This document shows, piece by piece, positions 39,252-48,794 of a stretch of 64,000 nucleotides of DNA. The translations under genes and the position numbers were made by a program. This DNA comes from a virus (taxonomy: Duplodnaviria > Caudoviricetes): positions 64,001 to 128,000 of the IMG/VR virus record IMGVR_UViG_3300020112_000604. The stretch is one strand, 5' to 3'. The notes below the pieces were generated by a model. That model did no database searches and had not been told where the DNA came from. It saw only the letters and a program-made list of their open reading frames with translations. Positions within the stretch are counted from its first letter, which is position 1. Every line of letters starts with the position of its first letter.

Positions 39252-41465
39252 TTAGAATGATACCATGTTTGAATAGTTTACTTCTGTTCTGAGCTGTCTC
39301 TTAAGTCCGATATCATCACACGGGAATGCTTTCATGTTGTCGTTGATGATTTGTGTGTAGTTGATGAATGGAATGCACCAATCCGGAACCACTGAACCTG
39401 ATGGAATACCGATATAAGATATCTCGATATCCTTAGGTTTATATTTTGTATTTGGATTCTTCTTCTCTTTCTGACGTCTGAGTTCCTGCAGATACATCTT
39501 CATATTGTTATATACTTCTGGGAATGTATCCTTGATGTCATCTACGTTTTCTTCGTTGATTATAGTATTAACAAGAAGAATTGTATTACGTTCTGTAAGG
39601 TCGAGAGCTTCATCTGTTGAACGTCTTACAGTATTATACGCATAAGCCGCTCTGAATGTGTACGGAATCTCCTTTGTATAAGAACGCATTGACTTAATTC
39701 TTGCAGGTCTGTAGTAATAAGTATCACCTGAATGCAGTGTGTTATAGATTTCCTTTTCAAGAATACTTAACTTCTCAACGACTCTGAAGATATCCACATC
39801 TTCTGAGTTAAGGATATCAGAATACAGAATAGATTTAACCTTATCCTTAGTTCTCTGACATGTACATGCTTTAGTGATCATCATACCCTTGATATCAAGA
39901 CATGCATTCTCCGGAACAAGACATTCTTCCTGTCTTTCCTGTACTGTTGCATATGTCTTCGAAGTTGTCTTGATAAGTGACTTCTTAAGAGCAAACTCAT
40001 TCTTGAGAATGATAATGCAATCGGAGTCAAGTTTCTTGTTTGTCTTGTTGAAATCACCATCTACAGTATTGAACTGAGCACAATACATCTTCATGTACTC
40101 TTTCTGAATACGATAGATGATATTTGACATGATGTTTGTGATTGTAATCTTTACGCCTCTGTCGGCACAAATCTTATCAGGACGGATTGTTGTATGACGT
40201 TCGATGATTTCGTCTCTATCATAGTCGAATCCTACATTATCAGGGAAGAAGTCCTTTGCATGTGTTGGGTCAAATATATTCTCAGGGAATGCCTCTTCTT
40301 CAGCCTCTTCAGTTTCACCAGTTTCAACGTCAGTCTGAATATGACGTAACGGCATATCCATATCACCAACCATTTTGTTGATGTATCTGTACCAACCCTC
40401 AAGTGATACGAATGTAGAGTCTGTATCTGTTAAGATACTAATGTCTCTAATCATTGATCTACTTCTGTCAGTTGCATCCTGAATGATATATGGATGATAT
40501 ACGTATTCGTGAAGTAAGTTGTAGAACGCATCCATTTCTTCAGATACTTCTTTCGGTATACCGTTTGGATCCATGTATACGGCACTAAACTTACCCATGA
40601 GATTTCTTATCATATTTGTCACATACTTATTGTCACAGAAGTAATACAGATTGTTTCTATAATACAGTCTGTTCCAATCCTGCTGTGATAACTGACCAAG
40701 AATTCTTCTTAAGAGTTTGATATGCTTCTCTGTCGGAATATAGTTGAAACCACATGAAGCTACAAGCTTTGCTAAGCAAAGGTCTAAATCGATATCTTCG
40801 TCTAAGATAAGACTGTCATCATAAGTTCTCTTCTCTGTGCATACATGATGAATGAATGTAACAACCTCATTGAAGTTTTCAAACTTAACGTTGTTCGATA
40901 AGAACTCTTCAACCATCATGATTGCTGATGAAATAAGAGAACGTCCCTGGCCTGTGATTGATGTCGCCATGTAATAGCAGAAGAAGATTGATGTCTCCTT
41001 ACCTGATGCGCCATACATGGCGTTAGCACATATCTTTTCGATACTCTGGAATAGATTGTACTTAGCGAATTCGGATGAACCCTTTGGAAATGCTTTCATC
41101 ATATTCTTATAGTTTTCACGGTTCATGATGAAACCATCTATAAGGTCATAGAATGGATTTGGTACATCACCATGATGCTGAAAGATTGTGCCTGCTGCTG
41201 TAAAGATAGGCTTTCTACTAATAATGTAATTGGCCATCTTTAAAGCTGTTGTCTGTGTAGTTGTGTGAGTATAACTGTTATCCAGTTCTGCTTCTCTATC
41301 TCTAAAGTGTTTTGAAATAGAATCGTCGATTGCAAATAATAAATCGTCCCGAGTATAACCCGGTAACACTCTGTGAAGACAATCATACATCTGTTTCTTG
41401 TATTCAGTGATAGCTTCACTACTTAATATACTATTCATTTCGATTGCCGTGTACTTGTTGTTCAT
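39252..41465 (-). CDS. polB: Family B DNA polymerase, polymerase part of a split phiKZ/AR9-type enzyme
   Basis: KICANAMYG (motif B), ITGQGR, TDTDS (motif C); no recognisable exonuclease or motif A. Confidence 0.85.
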   Translation of the reverse strand: MNNKYTAIEMNSILSSEAITEYKKQMYDCLHRVLPGYTRDDLLFAIDDSISKHFRDREAELDNSYTHTTTQTTALKMANYIISRKPIFTAAGTIFQHHGDVPNPFYDLIDGFIMNRENYKNMMKAFPKGSSEFAKYNLFQSIEKICANAMYGASGKETSIFFCYYMATSITGQGRSLISSAIMMVEEFLSNNVKFENFNEVVTFIHHVCTEKRTYDDSLILDEDIDLDLCLAKLVASCGFNYIPTEKHIKLLRRILGQLSQQDWNRLYYRNNLYYFCDNKYVTNMIRNLMGKFSAVYMDPNGIPKEVSEEMDAFYNLLHEYVYHPYIIQDATDRSRSMIRDISILTDTDSTFVSLEGWYRYINKMVGDMDMPLRHIQTDVETGETEEAEEEAFPENIFDPTHAKDFFPDNVGFDYDRDEIIERHTTIRPDKICADRGVKITITNIMSNIIYRIQKEYMKMYCAQFNTVDGDFNKTNKKLDSDCIIILKNEFALKKSLIKTTSKTYATVQERQEECLVPENACLDIKGMMITKACTCQRTKDKVKSILYSDILNSEDVDIFRVVEKLSILEKEIYNTLHSGDTYYYRPARIKSMRSYTKEIPYTFRAAYAYNTVRRSTDEALDLTERNTILLVNTIINEENVDDIKDTFPEVYNNMKMYLQELRRQKEKKNPNTKYKPKDIEISYIGIPSGSVVPDWCIPFINYTQIINDNMKAFPCDDIGLKRQLRTEVNYSNMVSF

Positions 41466-41503
41466 TACGAATCATCCTTTCTATACGATTAGCTTAAATC
41501 GGT

Positions 41504-41515
41504 TATTCGAAAGTT
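41504..41515 (-). promoter_or_regulatory. AACT-N6-TA promoter motif for polB
   Basis: AACTTTCGAATA on the minus strand. Confidence 0.55.
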
Positions 41516-41533
41516 ACGGTGAGCTTATTATTT

Positions 41534-41545
41534 AACATTGTATTA
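41534..41545 (+). promoter_or_regulatory. Late promoter AACA-N6-TA
   Basis: AACATTGTATTA. Confidence 0.65.
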
Positions 41546-41606
41546 ATATAGACCATTTACGGGTCTACAATAGTACTATTGTAATAATTCGAAGGAGGAA
41601 ACTACC

Positions 41607-42104
41607 ATGGGAATTTTTTCAGAATCAAGATCATTCATGGCTAACGGTCTTTCAGACGCAGACCAGGCAATGGGTGAAGAATTAACAATCGAAGAAGCTG
41701 CTCACGTAGCAGAATATCTTTTCAATCAGCAGCTCGAAGAAGACCTTTCAACACTTACAGAGGAACAGCAGAAAGCAATCCTCGAATCAGAAGAGTACGA
41801 ACTCCTCTGTGAAACAAAGCACTTCAAGAAGAAGACAATCGTTAAGCTCAACAAGAACGATGACCTCTCAAGAAGAACATCACAGGCTGCTATCGTAATC
41901 GCAGGTGAAAAGAACGACCCTCTCTTTAAGAAGCTTGCTCTTAACAGAATGCAGGAGAAGAAGCTTCTCAAGGCTATCAAGATGAAGTACAAGACTCAGG
42001 CTATAAAGGCTGCTAAGGAGTCACAGAGAGACTACGTAAAGGATGTAAACAAGTCAAAGATGATGACTGTTGCAGACCTCAACAACAGAAACAAAGACGA
42101 ATAA
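41607..42104 (+). CDS. Putative head/core protein
   Basis: Acidic N-terminus with FSES/ILES/LCET sites, basic C-terminus; late promoter and terminator (42111-42137). Confidence 0.6.
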   Translation: MGIFSESRSFMANGLSDADQAMGEELTIEEAAHVAEYLFNQQLEEDLSTLTEEQQKAILESEEYELLCETKHFKKKTIVKLNKNDDLSRRTSQAAIVIAGEKNDPLFKKLALNRMQEKKLLKAIKMKYKTQAIKAAKESQRDYVKDVNKSKMMTVADLNNRNKDE

Positions 42105-42270
42105 TAGCACTGGAGATAGGATTATGTCCTATCTCCAAGCTTTTGTCTTTTATACTTTGTAATATTTACCCTATCACATGTCACAATATTTGACATTGTG
42201 TATACTTTTGTTAAGAACAAGGGGTCTTTGTCGTAAAAGTAATAAACTACAACTCATATAACATTTTCGT

Positions 42271-42530
42271 AATTTATACGAAAATAAGACCTAGACTTAG
42301 TCTAAGTATGACTATGCCTTAGCATAAGTCATACTAAGCTAACTAGTCTAGACCATTTTCCGTATAAACGAAAATCATCCCTATTAACGAAATAAACGCT
42401 TATCCAGTCCTGAGTCAGGACTGGATCTTTTCTTGCGTTTGTAGATAAAGAAGAAGACTGGAGCCAAGGCTTTCTAGGATGAGTTTCAACGAATAGGACT
42501 ACGCTAAGGCTACGTCCTATTCTAGGGACA
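42271..42530 (+). ncRNA. Putative structured non-coding RNA
   Basis: AACA-N6-TA at 42260-42271 directly followed by a 96-nt rod hairpin (42273-42368) and further stems; no ORF. Confidence 0.6.
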
Positions 42531-42619
42531 GACCTTTATACCTGACGTATAATGATCTCCAATTGGTATATAGATACAATCAATTTAACCTACTTATAAT
42601 AAGTCAATAGAAAGGAGAG

Positions 42620-42832
42620 ATGTTTATGAATGGAAGATGTGATATCATAGACGTTGTAGAATATATGAACTACGACTGTCATAACCTAAACTGTTTCAAA
42701 TGTAAGTATTGTTGGTTTGTATCCAGAAGAATGGAAGGACCACTATACAACGTAAAAGATGCGATAGATCCATTTGCGATGATCTATTCAGAAGGAGAAG
42801 TTGTTGACACATCTACGTCAGCAACACATTAA
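42620..42832 (+). CDS. Small Cys-rich protein
   Basis: CHNLNCFKCKYC; AGAAAGGAG RBS (start may be 42626); AACC-N6-TA at 42587-42598. Confidence 0.65.
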   Translation: MFMNGRCDIIDVVEYMNYDCHNLNCFKCKYCWFVSRRMEGPLYNVKDAIDPFAMIYSEGEVVDTSTSATH

Positions 42833-42862
42833 ACACTTTAACAATGAAAGGAAGATCAAGTT

Positions 42863-43579
42863 ATGAAGAAGAAGATTATAGCAGTAGAAGGATTAGACGG
42901 TGTGGGTAAGTTAAAATACTCAAGAACTATAGCTGCATCATGTGCAAACCGCGGTACAACTTGGGTTAAGTTTCCTAGACCAAACTCATATGCTCATCAG
43001 TACATCAAAGAAACCAAACCTAAGGATGTAAATCCAGATTTTCTTATGGAAACGATTATGACAGACATATTAATATATGTCAGGGACTTCACATACAGAC
43101 AGGAAACCATAGGCACACTGGTGTGTAACAGATTTCTCTTCTCCAACTTCTTATATACGTTATCAGGGGTAAGAGAAAATTCAGAAAATGCAATAGATGG
43201 CTGTTCACTGGAGAAGTATAAACAGATGCTTGCAACAACGTGGAAAAAGCTGGTTCCTGAGTTATCTGAAGAAAGCGACATTGACAAAATAATCAATCAT
43301 TTCTTTTCTCAGTTTACTCTGGAAACGCATTTACTTGAAATGCCGGGCACAACAAGATATGCGGTGCTGCTGAATAGATCCAGAGATAGTAAGGAACAGG
43401 ACTTCATCAATACACCAGATTATCAGGACAGACTTGACACCAGATATGACAGACTTCTTAAAGATGAAGAAGTTTGCGAGTTCTTCGGCATAGCCAACGT
43501 TGTTGGTGATTTTGATACTACCAGATATAGTTCATCAGACCCATACTGGATAGCAATTAAAACTCGTAAAGAACCGTAA
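42863..43579 (+). CDS. tmk: Thymidylate-kinase-like dNMP kinase
   Basis: IAVEGLDGVGK P-loop, KFP, and NRFLFS (usually DR..S). Confidence 0.8.
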   Translation: MKKKIIAVEGLDGVGKLKYSRTIAASCANRGTTWVKFPRPNSYAHQYIKETKPKDVNPDFLMETIMTDILIYVRDFTYRQETIGTLVCNRFLFSNFLYTLSGVRENSENAIDGCSLEKYKQMLATTWKKLVPELSEESDIDKIINHFFSQFTLETHLLEMPGTTRYAVLLNRSRDSKEQDFINTPDYQDRLDTRYDRLLKDEEVCEFFGIANVVGDFDTTRYSSSDPYWIAIKTRKEP

Positions 43580-43649
43580 TAATGTACTTTAACGGCTCAC
43601 CTGAATAGGGTGAGCCGAACTTTATATTAATCAGAAAGGAGGAATTAAC

Positions 43650-44381
43650 ATGACTGAAAACATGATTCAGTTGAGGGAAAACAAATTTCCTGATATAGAA
43701 ACCATAAATTATGGAGGAAACCCTACAATCGTTTCACCTAATGCAGACCATTGGATATCTCTTAGACAGACTCAGGAAACGCTGTGCGATGTTGATACAT
43801 ATACAGCATTGATTAAGTCTGCCGTATCACTATTCAGAGGTTCTAAATTCTATAAAGCATATAAAGCACATCTTGCTGACCTCGGGTTAAACCGTTGTCA
43901 ATATCTTTCTAATCTTCCAACCGCGGGACCTGATGATAAGGCTCCGCCAATTACAATCGAAATGAATCATGTCATACTTACAATATTTGACATAGCATTG
44001 ATAATTGCTGAACACACACTCAGGACATATGGTTCTATTAGCACCTGTGAATTGGTAATGCTGATTGAACAGGAACACGCTGAACACAGAATACCAATAG
44101 TAATGATGAGTAAGTCTGTTCACGAAGCTTATCATTCAGATCCGATGTTTTTCGTGCATCCGAACTTAGTATTTGGTAAGTGGTGGGAATTCCTCCAAAG
44201 ATATCAGTTAGGTATCATGCCAGATACTGCTGCTAAGATAAAATACTATATAGATAAAGCTGAAGAAATGAACCATTCAACTGACAATGGATTACTTCAG
44301 ATTGCCGATAACGTAATTGACTGGGGGAATAAGAATGCTGGATATATTAATCTTGACGATAGTTTTTACTCTAATTTCTAG
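43650..44381 (+). CDS. Conserved-looking jumbo-phage hypothetical protein (possible degenerate HNH-like fold)
   Basis: 243 aa; RCQY, IEMNH, H...H pattern; AACT-N6-TA at 43618-43629. Confidence 0.65.
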   Translation: MTENMIQLRENKFPDIETINYGGNPTIVSPNADHWISLRQTQETLCDVDTYTALIKSAVSLFRGSKFYKAYKAHLADLGLNRCQYLSNLPTAGPDDKAPPITIEMNHVILTIFDIALIIAEHTLRTYGSISTCELVMLIEQEHAEHRIPIVMMSKSVHEAYHSDPMFFVHPNLVFGKWWEFLQRYQLGIMPDTAAKIKYYIDKAEEMNHSTDNGLLQIADNVIDWGNKNAGYINLDDSFYSNF

Positions 44382-44748
44382 TTGTGCCTTATCATGGTTC
44401 ATTGCTGTGAACAAGGTTAGACTCGATAGAGATAAATACAATCTTGACAAATACGATTTGAATATCAATACTGATATAAAGATGGGACAACTCGATGAGT
44501 TCCTCGAATCTATAATGAACGAATACATTGCTACACATATCAGCCCGAATGAATACATTGACAATCCATCAATGAAACTCATCATGCGTGAATGTGTATC
44601 TATAATTGAAAAGAGAATGACTCAGGCTCTTAGAGATCAGATGAGCGTGTTCTACAATGAATCTGAACTGAATGATATCATTGTAAACAAAGTATTCATC
44701 TACATATCATCATTTGTCAGGGAGAAGAACGCTAATACACTGATTTAG
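44335..44748 (+). CDS. Membrane-anchored hypothetical protein
   Basis: N-terminal TM helix; ATG 44335. Confidence 0.7.
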   Translation: MLDILILTIVFTLISSCALSWFIAVNKVRLDRDKYNLDKYDLNINTDIKMGQLDEFLESIMNEYIATHISPNEYIDNPSMKLIMRECVSIIEKRMTQALRDQMSVFYNESELNDIIVNKVFIYISSFVREKNANTLI

Positions 44749-44766
44749 TAGCCAAGGAGGTGCATC

Positions 44767-47115
44767 ATGGATCAGCCAAAAATGCAATATTCGGATAATC
44801 CATATATTGATGCCATCGTGTACTATACGAAATATTTGATTACAAACTCCGTCTTGAAAGATGAGGTCGAAGCGGATAACAACGAAACGTTGTTATCCAT
44901 CAAACGTGGCGGAGAATATGTACGAAAGATAAAGTATGACCACGAAGACGATCCGGATTATATCGAAATTAACCCATATTACTCCACGTTGTGGGGTCAG
45001 CCGACTGTACCTACTATTGCCGAGATACAGGCTGTGTTTGCACATGTTCAGGATACAATGGATTTAGACTCAATAGATCCTACTATATATGCCGACATGT
45101 ACTATATTTCAATGAATCAATACGAGTTCATGATTCCGTCCGGAGTAGAGCTCGATTTGAAGAATAAGTTCTTGCATACTCTTACCGAAACCGAAGTTAT
45201 GATGTGTGAATCCTGTGGAATTATGGATGCTGTACGTAATGATTACGGTTCCGATCCTCACTACAAGTATATTGAATTCGTTGGTCATAAGATTGACCCG
45301 GTAATATCAAGAACTGCAAGCAAATTTCAGTTATTATATGTGCCACCGTTACCAGACGATGACTATAACGACTTGAAATCTAAGTTTGAGATTATATTTG
45401 AAAAGAACAAGAGATACGTTATGAGTGCTATATACAGTGATGCTATGGCATTCCAGAACGTGTACTACGATAAGTTCATAATTATTCTTCTTAAAGTCAT
45501 GACTATGATGGACATGGTCAATGACGTATTTGACTATCTGATTCATAAGGATGTCTTCGATTCAAGAACCATACGTTATCTGTTTGAATCATATGGTGTT
45601 GAATACTATTCTGAGATTCCAACAAAGTATCAGATAGCAATGATTAAGAATATGAACACTCTTCTCAAATACAAGTCAACTAACCGAAATATCGTAGACA
45701 TATGCAATCTGTTCGGATTCCCGAATGTAACAGTATTCAAATACTATCTTCTTAAGGTTCATGACCCTGAGAGCGGGTATAAATTCAATGCCGACGGAAC
45801 AGAAGACTTCTCTGAAGGATATGACCTCGAATTCGTCAAAGTACCGATTGATGGTAAACTTGATGACTATATCAACAATCCTGACTATAGAGAACCGTAT
45901 GACGACATTGCCGGAAATGACCCATTCTGGATTGCAATCAATAACAACCAGACTGACGTATTCAAGAATGCTGACGTTAATGCTCTCAAGTATGACGTTC
46001 GCCAGCAGATTATCAATACTGACTTTACTTGTGAAGAAACTAAGTATTTCTCTATTGATAGTACAGAAGACGTGGCGGCATCGTCTATCGACTTGTGCTA
46101 CTTCTACAACATGATTTACGATGGCATCATAGAAGATTTCACAATAAAGCTTCCTGATAGCATATCTGTAACACCAGTTCCGGTAGGTCAGGTATTTGCA
46201 TATATGACAGCATTAGGATATGTCTATAACGGCGTGGAAGATGACATCATTGCTGCAGACATGGAGAAGAATCTGTATATTCATGGATTCAACTTCGACT
46301 ATACGGATATTGATGCTCTTCTTATTCAGATACGTCGTGAACACACCACAATACGTGATAACTTTGATAGTCTTGATACCGGCGGTAATATGGCTATTGT
46401 CGATAACTTTGAATGGCCACCAACTGGATCATCCGGAATAGAATACACTTACGAGATATTCGAAAGAGTATTTCTCAAGGACAGAGAATTCCACGACAAG
46501 CTTCGTGAAGCCATGAAAGAGACTGATAACTATCATGTGTACTCAGGTTATGAGAAAGTGTACGACACTCTTATGACCACAAAGAATACTCTGAAGTACT
46601 TCACAAAGTTATACTTTGCTGAAGACCCAACCGCCGAATGGGATTGCTCAATCACATATACTAAGTGGTTTGACAGAGTAAACTACTCATTAGCAAAATC
46701 AATAGCCGATTGCAAGGCTATAACTAATACAGAAAAACGTACAGCCACAATATCGAATATCTTCGATGAATGTGTGTACGCTCTCAAGGATGTATTCACC
46801 AATGAACGTTTCGCAAACATATACAATGTGTTGCCGACAAAGAGTGCAGACTTCCTCATCAGCTGTATCGTTAAAGTAATTAACTTCTTCAAGTCATATA
46901 AGGCTCAGTTCATTTCATCCAGTTCAATGTTTATACTCAAAGATGATGACCAGGAAACCGGATTCCTTGAAGATACTGCTGAGAGATTTACCCTTGTATT
47001 GCCACAAACGATGTCTTTCCTTGAAGATATGGGTATAACGTACAAGGATGCAATATATGAAAAAGAGACTCTCGGTGCTCTCGAAAAAGTGTATGTTAAG
47101 GAGACAACTAATTAA
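44767..47115 (+). CDS. Baseplate-type structural protein
   Basis: 782 aa; LFESYG...NTLLKYKST...ICNLFG resembles baseplate wedge/tail-protein-I motifs; INFFKSYK near the C-terminus. Confidence 0.6.
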   Translation: MDQPKMQYSDNPYIDAIVYYTKYLITNSVLKDEVEADNNETLLSIKRGGEYVRKIKYDHEDDPDYIEINPYYSTLWGQPTVPTIAEIQAVFAHVQDTMDLDSIDPTIYADMYYISMNQYEFMIPSGVELDLKNKFLHTLTETEVMMCESCGIMDAVRNDYGSDPHYKYIEFVGHKIDPVISRTASKFQLLYVPPLPDDDYNDLKSKFEIIFEKNKRYVMSAIYSDAMAFQNVYYDKFIIILLKVMTMMDMVNDVFDYLIHKDVFDSRTIRYLFESYGVEYYSEIPTKYQIAMIKNMNTLLKYKSTNRNIVDICNLFGFPNVTVFKYYLLKVHDPESGYKFNADGTEDFSEGYDLEFVKVPIDGKLDDYINNPDYREPYDDIAGNDPFWIAINNNQTDVFKNADVNALKYDVRQQIINTDFTCEETKYFSIDSTEDVAASSIDLCYFYNMIYDGIIEDFTIKLPDSISVTPVPVGQVFAYMTALGYVYNGVEDDIIAADMEKNLYIHGFNFDYTDIDALLIQIRREHTTIRDNFDSLDTGGNMAIVDNFEWPPTGSSGIEYTYEIFERVFLKDREFHDKLREAMKETDNYHVYSGYEKVYDTLMTTKNTLKYFTKLYFAEDPTAEWDCSITYTKWFDRVNYSLAKSIADCKAITNTEKRTATISNIFDECVYALKDVFTNERFANIYNVLPTKSADFLISCIVKVINFFKSYKAQFISSSSMFILKDDDQETGFLEDTAERFTLVLPQTMSFLEDMGITYKDAIYEKETLGALEKVYVKETTN

Positions 47116-47127
47116 GGAGGTACTACT

Positions 47128-48111
47128 ATGAATTTGAATATAAAAGATATTTCTACCGTTGAAGACTCTGTTCAGTCTAACGGTGATTATAAAGCTCACG
47201 GTCATGTACAGAAGACTCGAGTTATAATCCACGAAGTTCTTCCAAGCGGAAGAAAGATATTCAGAGAACTTGGTGAGAACAAGGTAATCGTATCAGGCTC
47301 TGAATTCCATGCAAGAAAAGACTTCAATTTCGGCACAGGTACTTGCTACACTGTAGGCAATAAGGATTCATCTGGCTTCTATAATAAGCTGCCAAATATT
47401 CCTACATACGATGACGAACTCGATGCTAAGTACACATCAACATTTCCTGCAGGTGCCACAGTATACACTGGTGGACAGATGTCAGCCGAAGAAGCTCGTA
47501 AGATATATCTGTTCGGTGTAGGTATCGATGGATGTGGAATCGAAGCATCAAGACGTTTCGTTGTTGCTAAGAACGACTGGATTAAGCCATACGGTCCTGC
47601 ACCGGATGCTCTTACTCCAGAAGGCACAGAAGTTTCTACATGTCTTATCCCATTCAGATGCGTTGATACTGAAACACCAAAGTCCCCTGCTGCTATGGTA
47701 AACTCACATTACCATGGTGCATATCAGGATACAGAAAACGGCAAGACACTTTACTTCTTCAAGGAATTCGATAACGCACCTGTACTCGATTGTACAGCCG
47801 GCGGAGTTCCGATATCTGCTATCACAGGCGGCAGTATCTGGAAGTATAAGACATCAGGTGCCATTGAATGTACTGTTAAGCTTACACTCTCTGTAACAGC
47901 TGAAGACGTCAAGGAGTGGTTTGCTCTGCATGGCGAAGAATCTACTTCTAAGATTAACACAATTTCACTTATCTCTGCGGTTCCATATCTTGATTCATCA
48001 GATAATCTTTGGTATAAGGACTACCGTCCGGTTACCAAGTACAACATGACAAACAAGCCGCTCTCAGATCCAAACTCTGGACTTGAAATCACATACATTC
48101 TGTACTATTAA
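47128..48111 (+). CDS. Virion structural protein (baseplate/fibre-associated)
   Basis: ENKVIVSG, LFGVGIDG, YFFKEF, terminal YILYY. Confidence 0.55.
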   Translation: MNLNIKDISTVEDSVQSNGDYKAHGHVQKTRVIIHEVLPSGRKIFRELGENKVIVSGSEFHARKDFNFGTGTCYTVGNKDSSGFYNKLPNIPTYDDELDAKYTSTFPAGATVYTGGQMSAEEARKIYLFGVGIDGCGIEASRRFVVAKNDWIKPYGPAPDALTPEGTEVSTCLIPFRCVDTETPKSPAAMVNSHYHGAYQDTENGKTLYFFKEFDNAPVLDCTAGGVPISAITGGSIWKYKTSGAIECTVKLTLSVTAEDVKEWFALHGEESTSKINTISLISAVPYLDSSDNLWYKDYRPVTKYNMTNKPLSDPNSGLEITYILYY

Positions 48112-48116
48112 AATAC

Positions 48117-48146
48117 AAACCGTAACTCCTAGTGAGTTACGGTTTT
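48117..48146 (+). terminator. Intrinsic terminator
   Basis: AAACCGTAACTC/GAGTTACGGTTT plus T-run. Confidence 0.8.
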
Positions 48147-48153
48147 ATTTTTT

Positions 48154-48165
48154 AACAATGCTATA
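48154..48165 (+). promoter_or_regulatory. Late promoter AACA-N6-TA with no downstream CDS
   Basis: AACAATGCTATA immediately after a terminator. Confidence 0.6.
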
Positions 48166-48700
48166 ACTATATAGTAAAAAATATGACATTAACTTTAATT
48201 ATAGATGATGTACCTCCCATGCCCTCATATCCAGGAGACATGACAATTCTCCTGGATGTGAAGGTCTACATCACATATAACTAAATAGTAATATAAAATA
48301 GATATTTTCACCATCTTAAAGAATTGAAGCATTCCTTTCTGGTTCTGTAATCGGAGCTGTGACACAAACCATAGCTCCGAATATCAGAATCCATCACTAA
48401 CGAATTTTTCAAACTTTAGGTTTTCATAATTTTTTCACTCTTTTCTTCTCTATGCTAGATGTGAAAGCTCATACATCAATGAGCTTTCCTTACCTAGCAT
48501 AACAACTAAAGACATTTTCAGAAGTAATCCTTTTCCTTCACTTCTTTCTTTTCTTTCCTTCCTCAGAGAGCTATGGCCTTCGGCTTTACATAAACTTGAA
48601 GGCTACTACCTCTGAATAACAAATGACATTTTCATCATTTCCTTTCTATAAAAATAAATTAGTAAACTGGCTCACCCTAATCGGGTGAGCCGATTTACTT
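48166..48700 (+). ncRNA. Tandem array of four hairpin-plus-linker RNA units (~110-125 nt period) closed by a fifth hairpin
   Basis: Hairpins 48206-48273, 48341-48392, 48451-48501, 48563-48615; repeated AACTAA-like and GAYATTTTCA motifs; G-U pairs favour the plus strand. Confidence 0.7.
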
Positions 48701-48754
48701 GCAACTTGTATGTAAGACATAATCCTGTGTCTTGGAGGACGGATGACATAAATA

Positions 48755-48781
48755 TCCCGTGACGAGCATATCGTCACGGGA
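48755..48781. terminator. Bidirectional terminator
   Basis: TCCCGTGACGA/TCGTCACGGGA stem after the beta-prime C gene. Confidence 0.75.
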
Positions 48782-48794
48782 AGTATTTTGTCTT

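Noticed and set aside
42474-42525. Hammerhead-like junction (GATGA-stem-GAA-stem)
   Set aside because: Lacks the CU of CUGANGA and the A15.1-U16.1 pair; stem II too short.
43594-43616. GGCTCACC hairpin nearly identical to 48669-48691
   Set aside because: Most simply a reused terminator stem; only two copies.
44746-44769. TAG TAG in frame with the next gene, suggesting stop-codon recoding
   Set aside because: The downstream gene has its own AAGGAGG RBS and long genes are intact in the standard code.
48166-48700. CRISPR array or minus-strand micro-ORFs (MKMSFVIQR, MKT)
   Set aside because: No identical direct repeats or cas genes; micro-ORFs are inconsistent between units and G-U pairing favours a plus-strand RNA.
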